From Candidatus Obscuribacteraceae bacterium (GTDB taxonomy: Bacteria; Cyanobacteriota; Vampirovibrionia; Obscuribacterales; Obscuribacteraceae), in the NCBI GenBank assembly GCA_044225915.1, contig JBGAHZ010000028.1, positions 24,524 to 88,523 on the forward strand: a stretch of DNA of 64,000 bases, in the 5' to 3' direction. Positions 9,882 to 20,403 of the stretch are shown here, one piece after another. The first letter of the stretch is position 1. Each line of letters starts with the position of its first letter. The position numbers were made by a program, and so were the translations under genes. Under the pieces are notes generated by a model. It ran no database searches, was not told the DNA's origin, and was given only the letters and a program-made list of their open reading frames with translations.

Positions 9882-11528
9882 TTACGGAAGCAATTTGCTG
9901 CGCTTTTCGAGAAGATCGCGTCGTGCGATTGCGCGCGCGTTTCCTTCGAACTTTTCGGCTTCAGTGGATCTTCCTGAGCTGCGCAGCGAGCGGCTCATGT
10001 CGACCATCGAGCTAGCAGTGAGTATGCTCATATCGCCTGTGGAACTGGCTGTACTGGCGAGTGCCCAGTAATAGACTTGAAGCGAAGTCGCGACTTTGCC
10101 CTGACTGTAGAGCATAAATCCGAGGTCATTCAGCCGCAGCGCGACTTCCAGTTTCTGGGCGGCCAGCGGAATCTTCGGCAGACTTTCGACGTATGAAAGA
10201 TCCACAGTTGAGGTGCCAGGATTTTGTTCTTCCGAAATTAGCGCGAGCAGAAGTTTCGTCTGTCGTGCCGGCCCGGAGTCGCCAATGTAGGCCTTCTCGT
10301 AAATCTCTAAAGCGCGGGCGAGAAGGGGTTTTGCCTCGTTGTAATTCCGTTGCAAGAGATAGATGGAAGCTAAGCCGTTTAAATCACGCGCAACGCTCGG
10401 ATGTTGTGCACCAAGTGAATCGATGTCTGCCGCAATCATGCGTTCGTAAAACGAAATCCGCTGTCGGTTTATATCCTCAAGCGCGGCGAAGTCGGAATAT
10501 TTTTTGTCGGTTTGTGTTCTGACTGTGTCGAAGTTGCTGTTGATGGTATTGTTGGTGGTGCTAGTATCGATATTGCGGGCGGTGGCATCGGCGGCTGCTT
10601 TGTCGGCCATTTGAATGGAAACTTTGGTGCTGAAGTTCGAAACAGCAGTACCTTTCTTTTGTTTGAGGGTGCCGAGCTGGTCTTTCAACAGTTCATTTTG
10701 AAATGCAGAGTGCAAAGTTTTGGCGTTGTAAATCGTTGAGATCAGAAGGTTGGTGTAGTCCGATAGAAGCTCTTCGATAAACGCGCTTGTGGGCTGCATA
10801 TTGGGTTGCATCACTATCGTCAATGCCGATAGATACGAAGCCTCGGCCTCTGCGATGAGTCCTTGTTTAAACTGATTGCGTCCCAGTCGATGAGTATAGT
10901 CAGCGGTCAGAAGTTTCCCTGCACCATCGGTGGTGGTGGTCGTAATTTCGATCGCCTTTGTGTAGTAATCGTTGGCTTTCTTGTAATCACCTTCGTCTTC
11001 GAAGATGTTGCCCAGCGTGACAAGTGTGGAGACTGTGCGAATGCTCTTTTCTCCATGTGCTTTCTTCAGCAGTTTGAGCGATTTTTTGTACAGCGGAATC
11101 GTTTCAACTATCTGATCTTCCATGTACAGAACTTTAGCGAGACTTTTCAGGCATACGACAACATCGTCTGGTGGTGCGGGCTTCAAGCCTTGTACATGTT
11201 TGCACGCTTGTCGAAAACAGTATTCAGCTTTCGCTAATTCTTTAGTGACGAGTAAACGTTCACCCTCTGCAAGTTCGGCTTTCCAGCTGTCAGAGAGGTT
11301 TTGCTTGACCGCGCCGGCAGGATTTGTAGGTGCGGATTGTGCGGCGGTTTGAGAAAGCGTAAGGGCGAAAAGCAGGGAACAGGTTATTGCGGTCGTTGAA
11401 ATCTGGCGTGGGCAGCCATTGCCAGGCGAGAGGAGCGTTCGAATCGCTAACCGGTTGCTCGAGGCAAACGGTCGAAAGTTAGTGAACGACCCGATAACTT
11501 TTTTCGTTAATTGATTACGAAGACGCAC
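9882..11528 (-). CDS. Secreted tetratricopeptide (TPR) repeat protein
   Basis: Multiple TPR-like 34-aa helical repeats (e.g. …LGNIFEDEGDYKKANDYYTKAIEI…) and an N-terminal hydrophobic signal. GTG start overlaps the upstream gene's stop by 1 nt (TAGTG), so the two are translationally coupled. Confidence 0.6.
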   Translation of the reverse strand: MRLRNQLTKKVIGSFTNFRPFASSNRLAIRTLLSPGNGCPRQISTTAITCSLLFALTLSQTAAQSAPTNPAGAVKQNLSDSWKAELAEGERLLVTKELAKAEYCFRQACKHVQGLKPAPPDDVVVCLKSLAKVLYMEDQIVETIPLYKKSLKLLKKAHGEKSIRTVSTLVTLGNIFEDEGDYKKANDYYTKAIEITTTTTDGAGKLLTADYTHRLGRNQFKQGLIAEAEASYLSALTIVMQPNMQPTSAFIEELLSDYTNLLISTIYNAKTLHSAFQNELLKDQLGTLKQKKGTAVSNFSTKVSIQMADKAAADATARNIDTSTTNNTINSNFDTVRTQTDKKYSDFAALEDINRQRISFYERMIAADIDSLGAQHPSVARDLNGLASIYLLQRNYNEAKPLLARALEIYEKAYIGDSGPARQTKLLLALISEEQNPGTSTVDLSYVESLPKIPLAAQKLEVALRLNDLGFMLYSQGKVATSLQVYYWALASTASSTGDMSILTASSMVDMSRSLRSSGRSTEAEKFEGNARAIARRDLLEKRSKLLP

Positions 11529-12184
11529 TATGGCTCTGCCTCCCAGGGAAGTTTGCGCTGAATTTCCACCCAGCCGTTGAGTTTATACGGAACAACGGAT
11601 CCGTTATCCGGAGCCATGGTGAAGGCTCCGTTCTGCCCTCGGTCCGGCTTCGAAGGAACCCAGTCGTGGAACATTCCATCGATTGGAGCGGTGAGGTCGC
11701 GGAATCGTCTGTAATCATCATCTTTCATGCGCTTGCGATAGTCATCACGGTCGGTTTTATCCACGTCGTGATCAACGTCGCTGCGCTTCCTGTCATCGTC
11801 TCTAAGATCTGGTCGCATGGCTGCCAGTGCGTTTAAATCATTGATATCCAGGTCTTGAAACGTGTGCATTCCAAAGTCGGTGTCGACAAAACTTTCCTGC
11901 CAGTTATGTTTCGGATTGGTGGTCGGTCTGTTGTTCGACTCTTTCTCGTCGAGTTTTCGGCGCTGTTCATCTTCGCGCTCTTCTTCTTTCTTTCGCTTCT
12001 TTTCGGCTTCGGTCCGCTTGTCATCGATGGAAAAGAAATCCGCGTTTTTAAAGTTGAAAAAATCAATCGACTCGTCATCATCAGCAAGGGCAGGCACGCA
12101 TGCGTACATGGAAGCGGTGACGAGGCACATTGCCAGGGCGGCACTCCGCTTCAACGGTTGCAAATGTGAGTGAGATTTGAACAC
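11528..12184 (-). CDS. Secreted highly charged (K/R/E/D-rich) hypothetical protein
   Basis: Signal peptide (…AALAMCLVTASMYACVPALA) followed by a low-complexity charged region. It is the first gene of a minus-strand operon running this gene, TPR gene, calpain-like gene. Confidence 0.4.
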   Translation of the reverse strand: MFKSHSHLQPLKRSAALAMCLVTASMYACVPALADDDESIDFFNFKNADFFSIDDKRTEAEKKRKKEEEREDEQRRKLDEKESNNRPTTNPKHNWQESFVDTDFGMHTFQDLDINDLNALAAMRPDLRDDDRKRSDVDHDVDKTDRDDYRKRMKDDDYRRFRDLTAPIDGMFHDWVPSKPDRGQNGAFTMAPDNGSVVPYKLNGWVEIQRKLPWEAEP

Positions 12185-12404
12185 ATGACTCCAAAGTTTG
12201 TCCCTGAATTATAGTCACTCGGGTGAAAATCGTCCTGAGCGCAGGTTTGACATGACATGGTCTTAAGTTTCATTCAATGAGTATAAGAGTCGAGTAAAAT
12301 TAGCAGCTTCAATGCTCTCAAGCACGTATTAATAGCTCCTGATTACTATACTGATCTCGCGAAACCGGCTCATATCGCGCTGGTCGAGTGATTCGACGAA
12401 ACCG

Positions 12405-13895
12405 ATGACACTCTGGACACTTGCACGTAACTTGTTTTTGGTGATGATAATCACCACGGTTTTTGGGGAGTGTTTTGTCTCGGGTGCACATGCTGCAGGG
12501 CGCGAGGCGCCTGTCCCGGATCTTCAGTTTCAGCCGGCTCAACCAACCAAGGCTTACAGCATTCGCGAGAGCGTGGATACAGCGGTCAGAAACTACCCGA
12601 CCATCAGGCAAAAGTTTTTCAAGCTGCGGGCAGCCAAAGCTAACGTTTCTCTGGCAAAGATGCAGTATTTGCCGAACTTGAACATTGATACGCAAATTTC
12701 CGGAGTAACGCCTAACCGCATTGCGAGCGTTGTCATGAATAACGTGTCCGGCTTCGACACCGTGCCGGTAGATTCCGGTCCGTCGGCCAAGCGGGCGACG
12801 TACAGTCCGGTTCTCAACAACCTGCAAGGTCTCAACTTAAACTGGCTGATGGTCGATTTCGGATTACGGAAAGCCAATGACCGGTTTGCCGACGCTGACG
12901 CAAGAACGGCACGTGCCGATATCAGTCTGACTGAACTTGATGTTGCGTTTGCAACCGCCGATTCATACTTCCACGCAGCCGCTGCGAAACAAGTAATAGT
13001 CGCTCGCCAGGCATCACTTGACCATATGGAAGCCGCCAAGCTGCGCGTGAAAACGCTCGTCGCCGAAGGGCTCAGACCCGGTGTTGATGCTGCGGATCTC
13101 GATTATGAGGTAGCGAAAGCAAAAATCAATCTTGTCAAAGCCGAGAAAGATTTCCGGCTTGCACTGGTCGATCTCGCAGAAAAAATGGGGTTGGCAACTC
13201 ACGATTTCGACATCATCTCCGATCCTATTATCCGCAGCCCCATGGAGCCGCGCGAAGATCGCCCGATCGACTTGAGTTCTCATCCGCTTGCGCGTTTTAA
13301 ATTCGCGGAAATCGAACGCTGGCGAGCGAAGCAAACAGTTCTAAACAAGGCATACAGACCGCACCTGTGGCTCAACTCATCATTGTGGGGGCGCGGCTCA
13401 GCAGACAACGCCGACAATCCGATTCGCAACAACACGGCGGGCATCATGCCTCAGGTGTTTAACTACATGGTGGGCGCGTCTTTCAGCTTTCCGATTCTGG
13501 AATACTTCCCGTTGAAAGCACAGAAGGCCATGGCGCGCAGCAACGAATTGGCTGCTCGAGCTGATTTCGATACCGCGATGTTGGTTTTGGAAAAGAAAGA
13601 CGCGAATGCAAGAGTTCTGCTCGAGCAAACTCGCAAAGTCGCAAAGCTAACTCCGGAGCTGGTCGAGGCTGCCAGAGTGAAAGAAACCAATGTTTTGAAA
13701 CGATACAGTGTCGGTTTAAACAACGTCGTTTCTCTGGCTGTCGCTGAGGAAAACTTAGCCACTGCCGATGTCGAAAACGCAGTCGCACAGATAGAAGTGT
13801 GGCGAGCGATTCTCGCGCTCGGATACGCCCAGGGAGATCTTCAAAACTTCTTTACGCTGGTGAAAATCGCGGAGGGTCAAACTAATTCCCCGTAG
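12405..13895 (+). CDS. Outer-membrane efflux factor (TolC-family OMF)
   Basis: Signal peptide plus an OEP-like N-terminal motif (…SIRESVDTAVRNYPTIRQKFFKLRAAKANVSLAKMQYLPNL…). Length about 500 aa. Immediately upstream of the RND permease. Confidence 0.7.
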   Translation: MTLWTLARNLFLVMIITTVFGECFVSGAHAAGREAPVPDLQFQPAQPTKAYSIRESVDTAVRNYPTIRQKFFKLRAAKANVSLAKMQYLPNLNIDTQISGVTPNRIASVVMNNVSGFDTVPVDSGPSAKRATYSPVLNNLQGLNLNWLMVDFGLRKANDRFADADARTARADISLTELDVAFATADSYFHAAAAKQVIVARQASLDHMEAAKLRVKTLVAEGLRPGVDAADLDYEVAKAKINLVKAEKDFRLALVDLAEKMGLATHDFDIISDPIIRSPMEPREDRPIDLSSHPLARFKFAEIERWRAKQTVLNKAYRPHLWLNSSLWGRGSADNADNPIRNNTAGIMPQVFNYMVGASFSFPILEYFPLKAQKAMARSNELAARADFDTAMLVLEKKDANARVLLEQTRKVAKLTPELVEAARVKETNVLKRYSVGLNNVVSLAVAEENLATADVENAVAQIEVWRAILALGYAQGDLQNFFTLVKIAEGQTNSP

Positions 13896-14010
13896 TGAGA
13901 CTCTTTCATAGAGCCATTCCGGCATGCTGTTGGATTAACGAAATCAATTTGGTAGTGTTCCAGAGAGTCGTCGAAAAGACCGTTCTCAAAGTGTTCGAGG
14001 AAAACCGGTA

Positions 14011-17000
14011 ATGTGGATCGTAGCCTGGGCAATGAAACGACCGATCACGATTGTGGCGGTAGTTTTGAGTCTCTTGCTGGTCTCCATTGGCGCGATCACG
14101 AGTATGAAACGGGACATCTTCCCTGATTTGAAGATTCCGGCAATCTACGTCATTCAGGGTTACGGCGGTATGTCACCGCAGCAGATCGAGGGCTACATCA
14201 CATCCAGCTATGAATTGTTCTTCCTCTACGTGCCGGGTATCGAGCACATGGAGTCGCAGTCCATTCAAAACTTGAGTCTGATCAAAGTTTTCTTTCAGTC
14301 GGATACCGACATGGCGAGTGCGATGGCCAGTATCGTTGCGATGGCTAACCGTGCGACAAGTTTGATGCCTCATGGAACATACAACCCGTTCGTTCTGCGA
14401 TTTGACGCGGGAAGTTTGCCTGTCGGGCAGTTGGTTCTCTATTCGGAAACCAAGACAGTAAAAGAGCTAGAGGATTTAGCCTATACAAGAATTCGACCCA
14501 TGCTCGCCACCGTGCCTGGTGCTGAAGCGCCGCCTCCGTTTGGCGGAAACATTCGAACTATTGTTATAAACGCTGATGCTGACAAGCTCCGCAAATACAA
14601 TATTTCCGGCGATGAAATAATTAAAGCGCTGGAAACCGGCAACCAAGTTTTGCCTTCGGGAAACGTTAGAACCGGCGACTACCTCCGAATCGCGCCTGTC
14701 AACACAGATTTGCCGGACATCCATCAACTCGATTATTTGCCGATTAGAACCGGGCACGGCCCGCAAATCTTTATTAAGGACATCGGTTCGATCGAAGACT
14801 CCGCGGATATCCTGGCTGGATATGCGCTTTTTCAGGGACGGAGAACGGTTTATATCCCAGCGGTTAAACGTTCCGACGCGTCAACGGTATCCGTTGTCGA
14901 CGCTCTTCAAGCCGCGCTGCCGCGCATGCAATCAGTACTTCCGGCTGATGTGAAAATCAGTTACGAGTTCGACCAGTCCAAGTATGTTCGCGAGGCAATT
15001 GAGAACGTTTTTCACGAAGGTCTGCTTGGCACGCTGCTTCCAGGCCTGATGATCTTGCTGTTTCTCCGAGATTTTCGAAGCACGTTGATTGTTGTTACTT
15101 CGATTCCACTGTCGCTATTGTCGGCGATTGTGGGATTATCCGTCTGCGGACAGACCTTCAACATCCAGACCCTGAGCGGACTGGCGCTATCGATCGGTAT
15201 CCTCGTGGACGAGGCGACTGTGTGCATCGAGAACATCCACAACCACCTGGGTGCCGGAGAACCTATGGCACGCGCCGTTTACAACGCTTGTGTGGAAACG
15301 ATGGTTCCTCGACTTCTGGCGATGTTGTCGGTAGTCGCTGTGTTCATTCCATCATTTTTCATGGTCGGAATCACAAGAGAATTGTTCATTCCGCTCTCAC
15401 TTGCCGTAGGTTTCGCCATGGTCGCATCCACGACATTGGCATCAACAGTGGTGCCGATTATGGCGGTTTGGATTCTCAAACATAAACATGAAGAGCCCAA
15501 ACGAGATTGGGTAGACAATCTCAAGGATGCCCTCGGCGGAGTAATTAAAGCGCTGTTGCCGATTCGTCTTGTGGTTGTCGGAGTTTATGTCACCCTCGCA
15601 GTTTCGCTTGTCGTCTTCCTCTACGACGACATAGGTAAAGAACTTTTCCCGGACAACGGCAGTAAACAGTTTCGCGTTCGAATCTCCGCACCAACAGGAA
15701 TGCGCGTAGAAGCGCTAGAGAAGCGTGTTTTAAGAACAATTCAGGAAATTAAGGACGAGGTTGGTGCCGACAACGTCGAAAAAACTTTGGGATACGCCGG
15801 TCAGCAGCCGCCGATGTTCCCTATCAGCTCCGCATTCTTATGGACGAGCGGGCCGCACCAGGCGGTGCTGGACGTCCAGCTCAAAGAAACTTGTAATGTC
15901 GAAATCTCGGCTCTGAAAGACCGTTTACGCAGTCGTCTTGCAAAAGTTTTGCCGGACACTAAGATGTCTTTTGAACCGGGGGATATGGTCAGTCAAATCA
16001 TGAACATCGGCTCTCCGACGCCGATCAAGGTTCAAGTCATGGGACCGGACATGGTGGCGAATAAACTGTTTGCCAACAAGGTGCTGGCCGAAATGAAGAA
16101 GATCAAGACGCTTCGAGACCTTAACTGGGGTCAGCCGCTCGACTATCCGTCAGTTGAAGTCGATATCGACAGAGAGTTGGCAGGGCAGTTCGGAGTCACC
16201 GCCAAGGACGTCGGTATGTCGCTGCAGCCGGCATTTTTCTCCAGCCGCTTTGTGCACCTCAGTCTCTGGCGTGATAAAAACAGCGGATTCTCGTATCAGG
16301 TCCAAGTTCAAGTTCCGCAGGATCAAATCACATCCAAGGATGACATCGCGAAGTTTCCTACGATGAACAGCGCCAGACGAGTTCAAATGCCCGAGTTTAA
16401 TGATGAACTGGAAGACCCGGATACGAACAAGTACTACCCGGATGCCAAAGATCGCCGTTCTCAGCATCCGTTGATTGGCGACGTTGCTGCTGTTAACTAT
16501 GGTGTCACGGACGGTGAATTCGATCGATACAATATGATGCGGATGGTCTCTCTGACAGCCAACATCGAGGGGCATGATCTCGGGCGAGTCGGCGACGCAG
16601 TCAGAGCAGCGGTTGCCGCCGCGGGCAAACCACCTGCTGGTGTATTCGTCGATGTGGCAGGACAGGTGCCGGTTCTCGAGGATACATTCTTCCACTTGCT
16701 GACTGGCTTGTTGCTCGCTGTCGTCGTTATCACCCTCATGTTGCTGGCATATTTCCAGGCGGCAAGAGTCGTGCTAATCGTGATGTCGACAACGCCTGCG
16801 ATTCTTTTGGGCGTTCTAACTATGCTCACGATTACGGGAACGACGTTGAACGTTCAATCATTCATGGGCGCAATCATGTCAACCGGTGTGGGAATCGCGA
16901 ACGCGATTCTGCTTATCGTGTTTGCTGAAGAAAGCCGCGCCAAGGGCATGAGCGCGGACGAGGCTGCGGTTCACGGAGCGCAACAGCGCATGCGACCGAT

Positions 17001-17217
17001 TTTGATGACATCCATCGCCATGGTGGCGGGGATGATACCGATGGCATTGTCGGCGGGGCAGAGCGCGCCATTGGGCAGAGCCGTCATTGGCGGTTTAACG
17101 ATGTCGACGTGTTCAGTGCTAACCATACTGCCTCTTGTTTATTCAATCGTGCAAGCCAAAGCTCCTGTCAAAGTCAAATCACTTCACCCCGACGATATAG
17201 AAGAGGAAGAGTCGTAA
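14011..17217 (+). CDS. RND-family efflux transporter permease (AcrB/CzcA-type, about 1070 aa)
   Basis: Twelve-TM topology with two large periplasmic loops, the typical N-terminus MWIVAWAMKRPITIVAV, and appropriate length. Confidence 0.85.
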   Translation: MWIVAWAMKRPITIVAVVLSLLLVSIGAITSMKRDIFPDLKIPAIYVIQGYGGMSPQQIEGYITSSYELFFLYVPGIEHMESQSIQNLSLIKVFFQSDTDMASAMASIVAMANRATSLMPHGTYNPFVLRFDAGSLPVGQLVLYSETKTVKELEDLAYTRIRPMLATVPGAEAPPPFGGNIRTIVINADADKLRKYNISGDEIIKALETGNQVLPSGNVRTGDYLRIAPVNTDLPDIHQLDYLPIRTGHGPQIFIKDIGSIEDSADILAGYALFQGRRTVYIPAVKRSDASTVSVVDALQAALPRMQSVLPADVKISYEFDQSKYVREAIENVFHEGLLGTLLPGLMILLFLRDFRSTLIVVTSIPLSLLSAIVGLSVCGQTFNIQTLSGLALSIGILVDEATVCIENIHNHLGAGEPMARAVYNACVETMVPRLLAMLSVVAVFIPSFFMVGITRELFIPLSLAVGFAMVASTTLASTVVPIMAVWILKHKHEEPKRDWVDNLKDALGGVIKALLPIRLVVVGVYVTLAVSLVVFLYDDIGKELFPDNGSKQFRVRISAPTGMRVEALEKRVLRTIQEIKDEVGADNVEKTLGYAGQQPPMFPISSAFLWTSGPHQAVLDVQLKETCNVEISALKDRLRSRLAKVLPDTKMSFEPGDMVSQIMNIGSPTPIKVQVMGPDMVANKLFANKVLAEMKKIKTLRDLNWGQPLDYPSVEVDIDRELAGQFGVTAKDVGMSLQPAFFSSRFVHLSLWRDKNSGFSYQVQVQVPQDQITSKDDIAKFPTMNSARRVQMPEFNDELEDPDTNKYYPDAKDRRSQHPLIGDVAAVNYGVTDGEFDRYNMMRMVSLTANIEGHDLGRVGDAVRAAVAAAGKPPAGVFVDVAGQVPVLEDTFFHLLTGLLLAVVVITLMLLAYFQAARVVLIVMSTTPAILLGVLTMLTITGTTLNVQSFMGAIMSTGVGIANAILLIVFAEESRAKGMSADEAAVHGAQQRMRPILMTSIAMVAGMIPMALSAGQSAPLGRAVIGGLTMSTCSVLTILPLVYSIVQAKAPVKVKSLHPDDIEEEES

Positions 17218-18542
17218 TGCAGAGCGATTTCGAAGTCGATAATCAACCACCACGTAAAAGCGGTCTGGCTGAAACTTTTAGTATTCGCAACATCATCTTC
17301 ACAGTGGTCATCATTGCCATCGCCGGCGGTGTGTTTTATTTCATGTGGTTGAAGCGGCAGAAACCGGTGGCGCCTGAAGTGAAGACGGATGTGATTTCCG
17401 TTGACGTTGTTCCGGTCACGAAGAAGACGTTGTTTCGCGAGGATCAATTGCCGGGTGAAATCAACGCGTATCAGGATGTTTTGATCTATCCGAAAGTGCC
17501 TGGTTTTGTTAAAGAGTTGAACGTGGACCGCGGTTCCATCGTCAAAAAAGGTCAGCTCATGGTGAAGATGTATGCGCCTGAGTACCTGGCGAAGCGTCAT
17601 GAGTTTGTTGCCAAAGTCGCGGGCGTTAAAGCCGATTTGGCTGCTGAGCAATCGAAAGTCGAAGATTTGAAAGCGGAACTGGAGAAGAAGCGCGCGAATC
17701 TGCTTGCCGATCAATCGACGTATCAGCGCGTATACTCCGCATCGCTCGTTCCCGGCGTTATTGCCGACAACGATGTCGTCCAATGGGCGCAGACGGTAAA
17801 AGCAGATCGGGAAGACATCAATGCCATCATGAAGCGCGTCAACGCTAAAGATCACGAAGTGTCCGCCAAGCGTGAGGAATTGAATGCCATGACTGAAGCG
17901 TTCGAAAGTTTTGCCGACTTCGCTTCGTACCTCGAGATCTACGCACCGTTTGACGGCTATGTAACGGAGCGAAAAATGCACGTCGGCAGTTTCGTCGGTC
18001 CGGATGGAACCGGCGCCTATCCACCGATTTGCCGTTTGAAGCAGCTCGATCTGCTCCGGATCGTCGCACCCGTTCCGGAGGATCTCGTCTCCGGTGTCAT
18101 CATGGGTTCCGAAGTCGAATTTTCTGTTTCGTCCTTTCCGGGCAAGCGGTTTAAAGGCACTGTTGCACGGTTGGCAAACAACCTCGACAAGGACACGAGA
18201 ACAATGCCTGTCGAGTTGAACTATCTAAACCCTGATTTCCAGTTGATGCCCGGCATGTTCACCAAAGTCTATTGGCCGACGCGTCGTCCCAACACAAGCT
18301 TGTTCGTTCCAATCACCGCCGTCGTGACCACACCACTAAGCACCTTCGTCTGCAAAGTCAAAGACGAGCACGTCGAGTGGGTCCAGGTCCGCAAAGGCGA
18401 AATCATGGACAAACAAGTCGAAGTCTTCGGCGACCTGAAAGAAGGCGACGTAGTCGCAGAAGAAGGCAGCGAAGAGTTAACCAACCAATCTCGCGTCACG
18501 CCTGTGCTCAAGCCCGTTAAGGTCAGCCAAAAGCTGGATTAG
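17217..18542 (+). CDS. Efflux RND periplasmic adaptor (membrane-fusion protein, HlyD-like)
   Basis: ATG overlaps the permease stop (TAATG). Single N-terminal TM, then coiled-coil and beta-barrel regions typical of membrane-fusion proteins. Confidence 0.7.
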   Translation: MQSDFEVDNQPPRKSGLAETFSIRNIIFTVVIIAIAGGVFYFMWLKRQKPVAPEVKTDVISVDVVPVTKKTLFREDQLPGEINAYQDVLIYPKVPGFVKELNVDRGSIVKKGQLMVKMYAPEYLAKRHEFVAKVAGVKADLAAEQSKVEDLKAELEKKRANLLADQSTYQRVYSASLVPGVIADNDVVQWAQTVKADREDINAIMKRVNAKDHEVSAKREELNAMTEAFESFADFASYLEIYAPFDGYVTERKMHVGSFVGPDGTGAYPPICRLKQLDLLRIVAPVPEDLVSGVIMGSEVEFSVSSFPGKRFKGTVARLANNLDKDTRTMPVELNYLNPDFQLMPGMFTKVYWPTRRPNTSLFVPITAVVTTPLSTFVCKVKDEHVEWVQVRKGEIMDKQVEVFGDLKEGDVVAEEGSEELTNQSRVTPVLKPVKVSQKLD

Positions 18543-18563
18543 TCGCCTTGATCAGGAATTGAA

Positions 18564-20099
18564 CTATTGTGAGAGGATTCGTCCGGCGCGCTGTTCGACT
18601 TCCGATGCCTGTGTGTTCTTGTCCAGTCCTCGGAGAACTAGAGCGTAGTCTTTCAAGCATGCGGCCAATAGCGGGTCTCTAGTGCCGACTGCTTTTTCGG
18701 TGCTTGCGATTGCCCATTCGTAAAACGTGCTGGCCTTATCGAGCTGACCTTGCTGGTAGTAGAGAAATGCCAGACCGTTGAGAATTTTTGCGGTTTCTAA
18801 ACTATTGGGGCCGAGCGTTTCTTGGGCGTTGCTGAGAGCTTCTCGGTAGAGTTTCGTTGCTGCAGGAATGTTGCCGAGGCCGGACTCGACGGACGCTAGA
18901 GAAGCCATTGTGTTTATGGTCAAAACGTTTTGCGAATGGTAGGTGGCCTCGTAAATGGCAAGCGCACGAGTGAGGCAGGATCTGGCTTCAGAAAAGCGTT
19001 TCTGCGCGATGTAGAGTTGCGCAAGTCCGTTGAAGTCGTTTGCTACTGACGGGTGGTTTGGACCAAGAGAGTCTGTGTCGGCTGCGATCATGCGCTGATA
19101 TTGCGCTTCTCCGAGGTGGTAGCGATTTTGTTGGAAGATGGTGTCGCTGACGACTTTGAATGCAGGTTTGAGCGCAGCGTCAGAGGAGGGCATGTGGATG
19201 CCGCGCAGCGAGACAGCTTCGTTCTCATTCGTGTCGGCGCTTCGTGCTTGTGCCAATTGTTGTTCTGATTGCTGCTGCCACTGTGATTGAACGGCGCCGG
19301 TCAGTGTTGAGCCCTGGTTGCTCGTTCCGCTGGTACTTGAAACCGCTGAATTCTGAATTCGGGTGCCACTACCGCTGGTGGCTGGAGTTTTTGCCGGCTG
19401 GCGGTCGTTGAAAATATCCTTCTGAAAATCGTCGATCAGGTTTTTATCAGAGGTGTCGCTTCCTTTGAGCAAATCACCGTAGTCGTGAGTTACGGCCTTG
19501 AGTTGTTCGGCTGCTTCGAGATTAGGCTCTTTCGATAAAATGGTGATGGCTCGTTTATAACTGTCTGTTGCCGCAGTCTTATTGCCCATCTTGCCGTGCA
19601 CCCGGCCGATTCCACGCAGAGCAAACGCCGCATCCGGACTGTATGTTCCATAATTTTTCTCGGAAATTGCCAACGCGCGATTGTAGTACGACATTGCCAG
19701 AGGATGATCTCCTGCGGCTTCTTCAATTGAGCCGAGTCCCATCAGAACTGCCGTTAGCTTGGAGCTGCCGTTCCCGAATTTCTTCTGATGTTGATTCAAC
19801 ATTTGCTGAAGAATGGTGCGCGCTTCGCCGGTGCGGTCAAGCAATGTCAGTGCTGATGCCAGTTTTAGCAGACATTTGTCCAGGTCTTCAGGATTTTTCG
19901 ATTGCTTCTTAACAAGAGCAACCGCCTGGCGATACCGTTGTTCTGCGATTGATGGCGACTGCGAGTTGAGCGCGCTATCTCCCTCTGCACATAACGCGGA
20001 CCATGAGTCAGTGGTCGCAGCACTGGCTGTGTTAGTCGCGACGCATTGTGTGAGGATGCACAGCGCAATCAGGTTTCTTTTGACAGTGGTGGTTCTCAT
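18564..20099 (-). CDS. Secreted TPR repeat protein, paralog of 9882-11528
   Basis: Signal peptide. Shares a conserved block with the other TPR protein (QRMIAADTDSLGPNHPSVANDFNGLAQLY versus YERMIAADIDSLGAQHPSVARDLNGLASIY). Confidence 0.6.
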   Translation of the reverse strand: MRTTTVKRNLIALCILTQCVATNTASAATTDSWSALCAEGDSALNSQSPSIAEQRYRQAVALVKKQSKNPEDLDKCLLKLASALTLLDRTGEARTILQQMLNQHQKKFGNGSSKLTAVLMGLGSIEEAAGDHPLAMSYYNRALAISEKNYGTYSPDAAFALRGIGRVHGKMGNKTAATDSYKRAITILSKEPNLEAAEQLKAVTHDYGDLLKGSDTSDKNLIDDFQKDIFNDRQPAKTPATSGSGTRIQNSAVSSTSGTSNQGSTLTGAVQSQWQQQSEQQLAQARSADTNENEAVSLRGIHMPSSDAALKPAFKVVSDTIFQQNRYHLGEAQYQRMIAADTDSLGPNHPSVANDFNGLAQLYIAQKRFSEARSCLTRALAIYEATYHSQNVLTINTMASLASVESGLGNIPAATKLYREALSNAQETLGPNSLETAKILNGLAFLYYQQGQLDKASTFYEWAIASTEKAVGTRDPLLAACLKDYALVLRGLDKNTQASEVEQRAGRILSQ

Positions 20100-20403
20100 T
20101 GGTCGGTCCGCATCTTTCGAGACTCTTTGGCAGTGACCATTCTAACATCTCAGCTTTGACAGAACTTTGATATTGATGCATATCGGAGTTGCTTGTTGCG
20201 TCATTGAGGTATTGACATGCGCGCCCGTAAATACGCGTGTTTCTACGAATTTCTCCTGGCTTTCTATCTGAGAAAAAGGCTTAGCTTGAGTATCTCTTGT
20301 TTATCTTTCTTGAACTAAAACTCTAACCAAAACCCACAGCCCTGGATTCTTTTTCACTTAACGACGGAAGCTTTGCTTCTGCCGTGCTTCCCTGAGGTTT
20401 TCC

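Noticed and set aside
12185-12404. Sigma70-like promoter (TTGACA at about 12247) in the divergent region
   Set aside because: No convincing -10 element lies at 16-18 nt spacing, and promoter consensus for this lineage is uncertain. I left it as an unassigned regulatory region.
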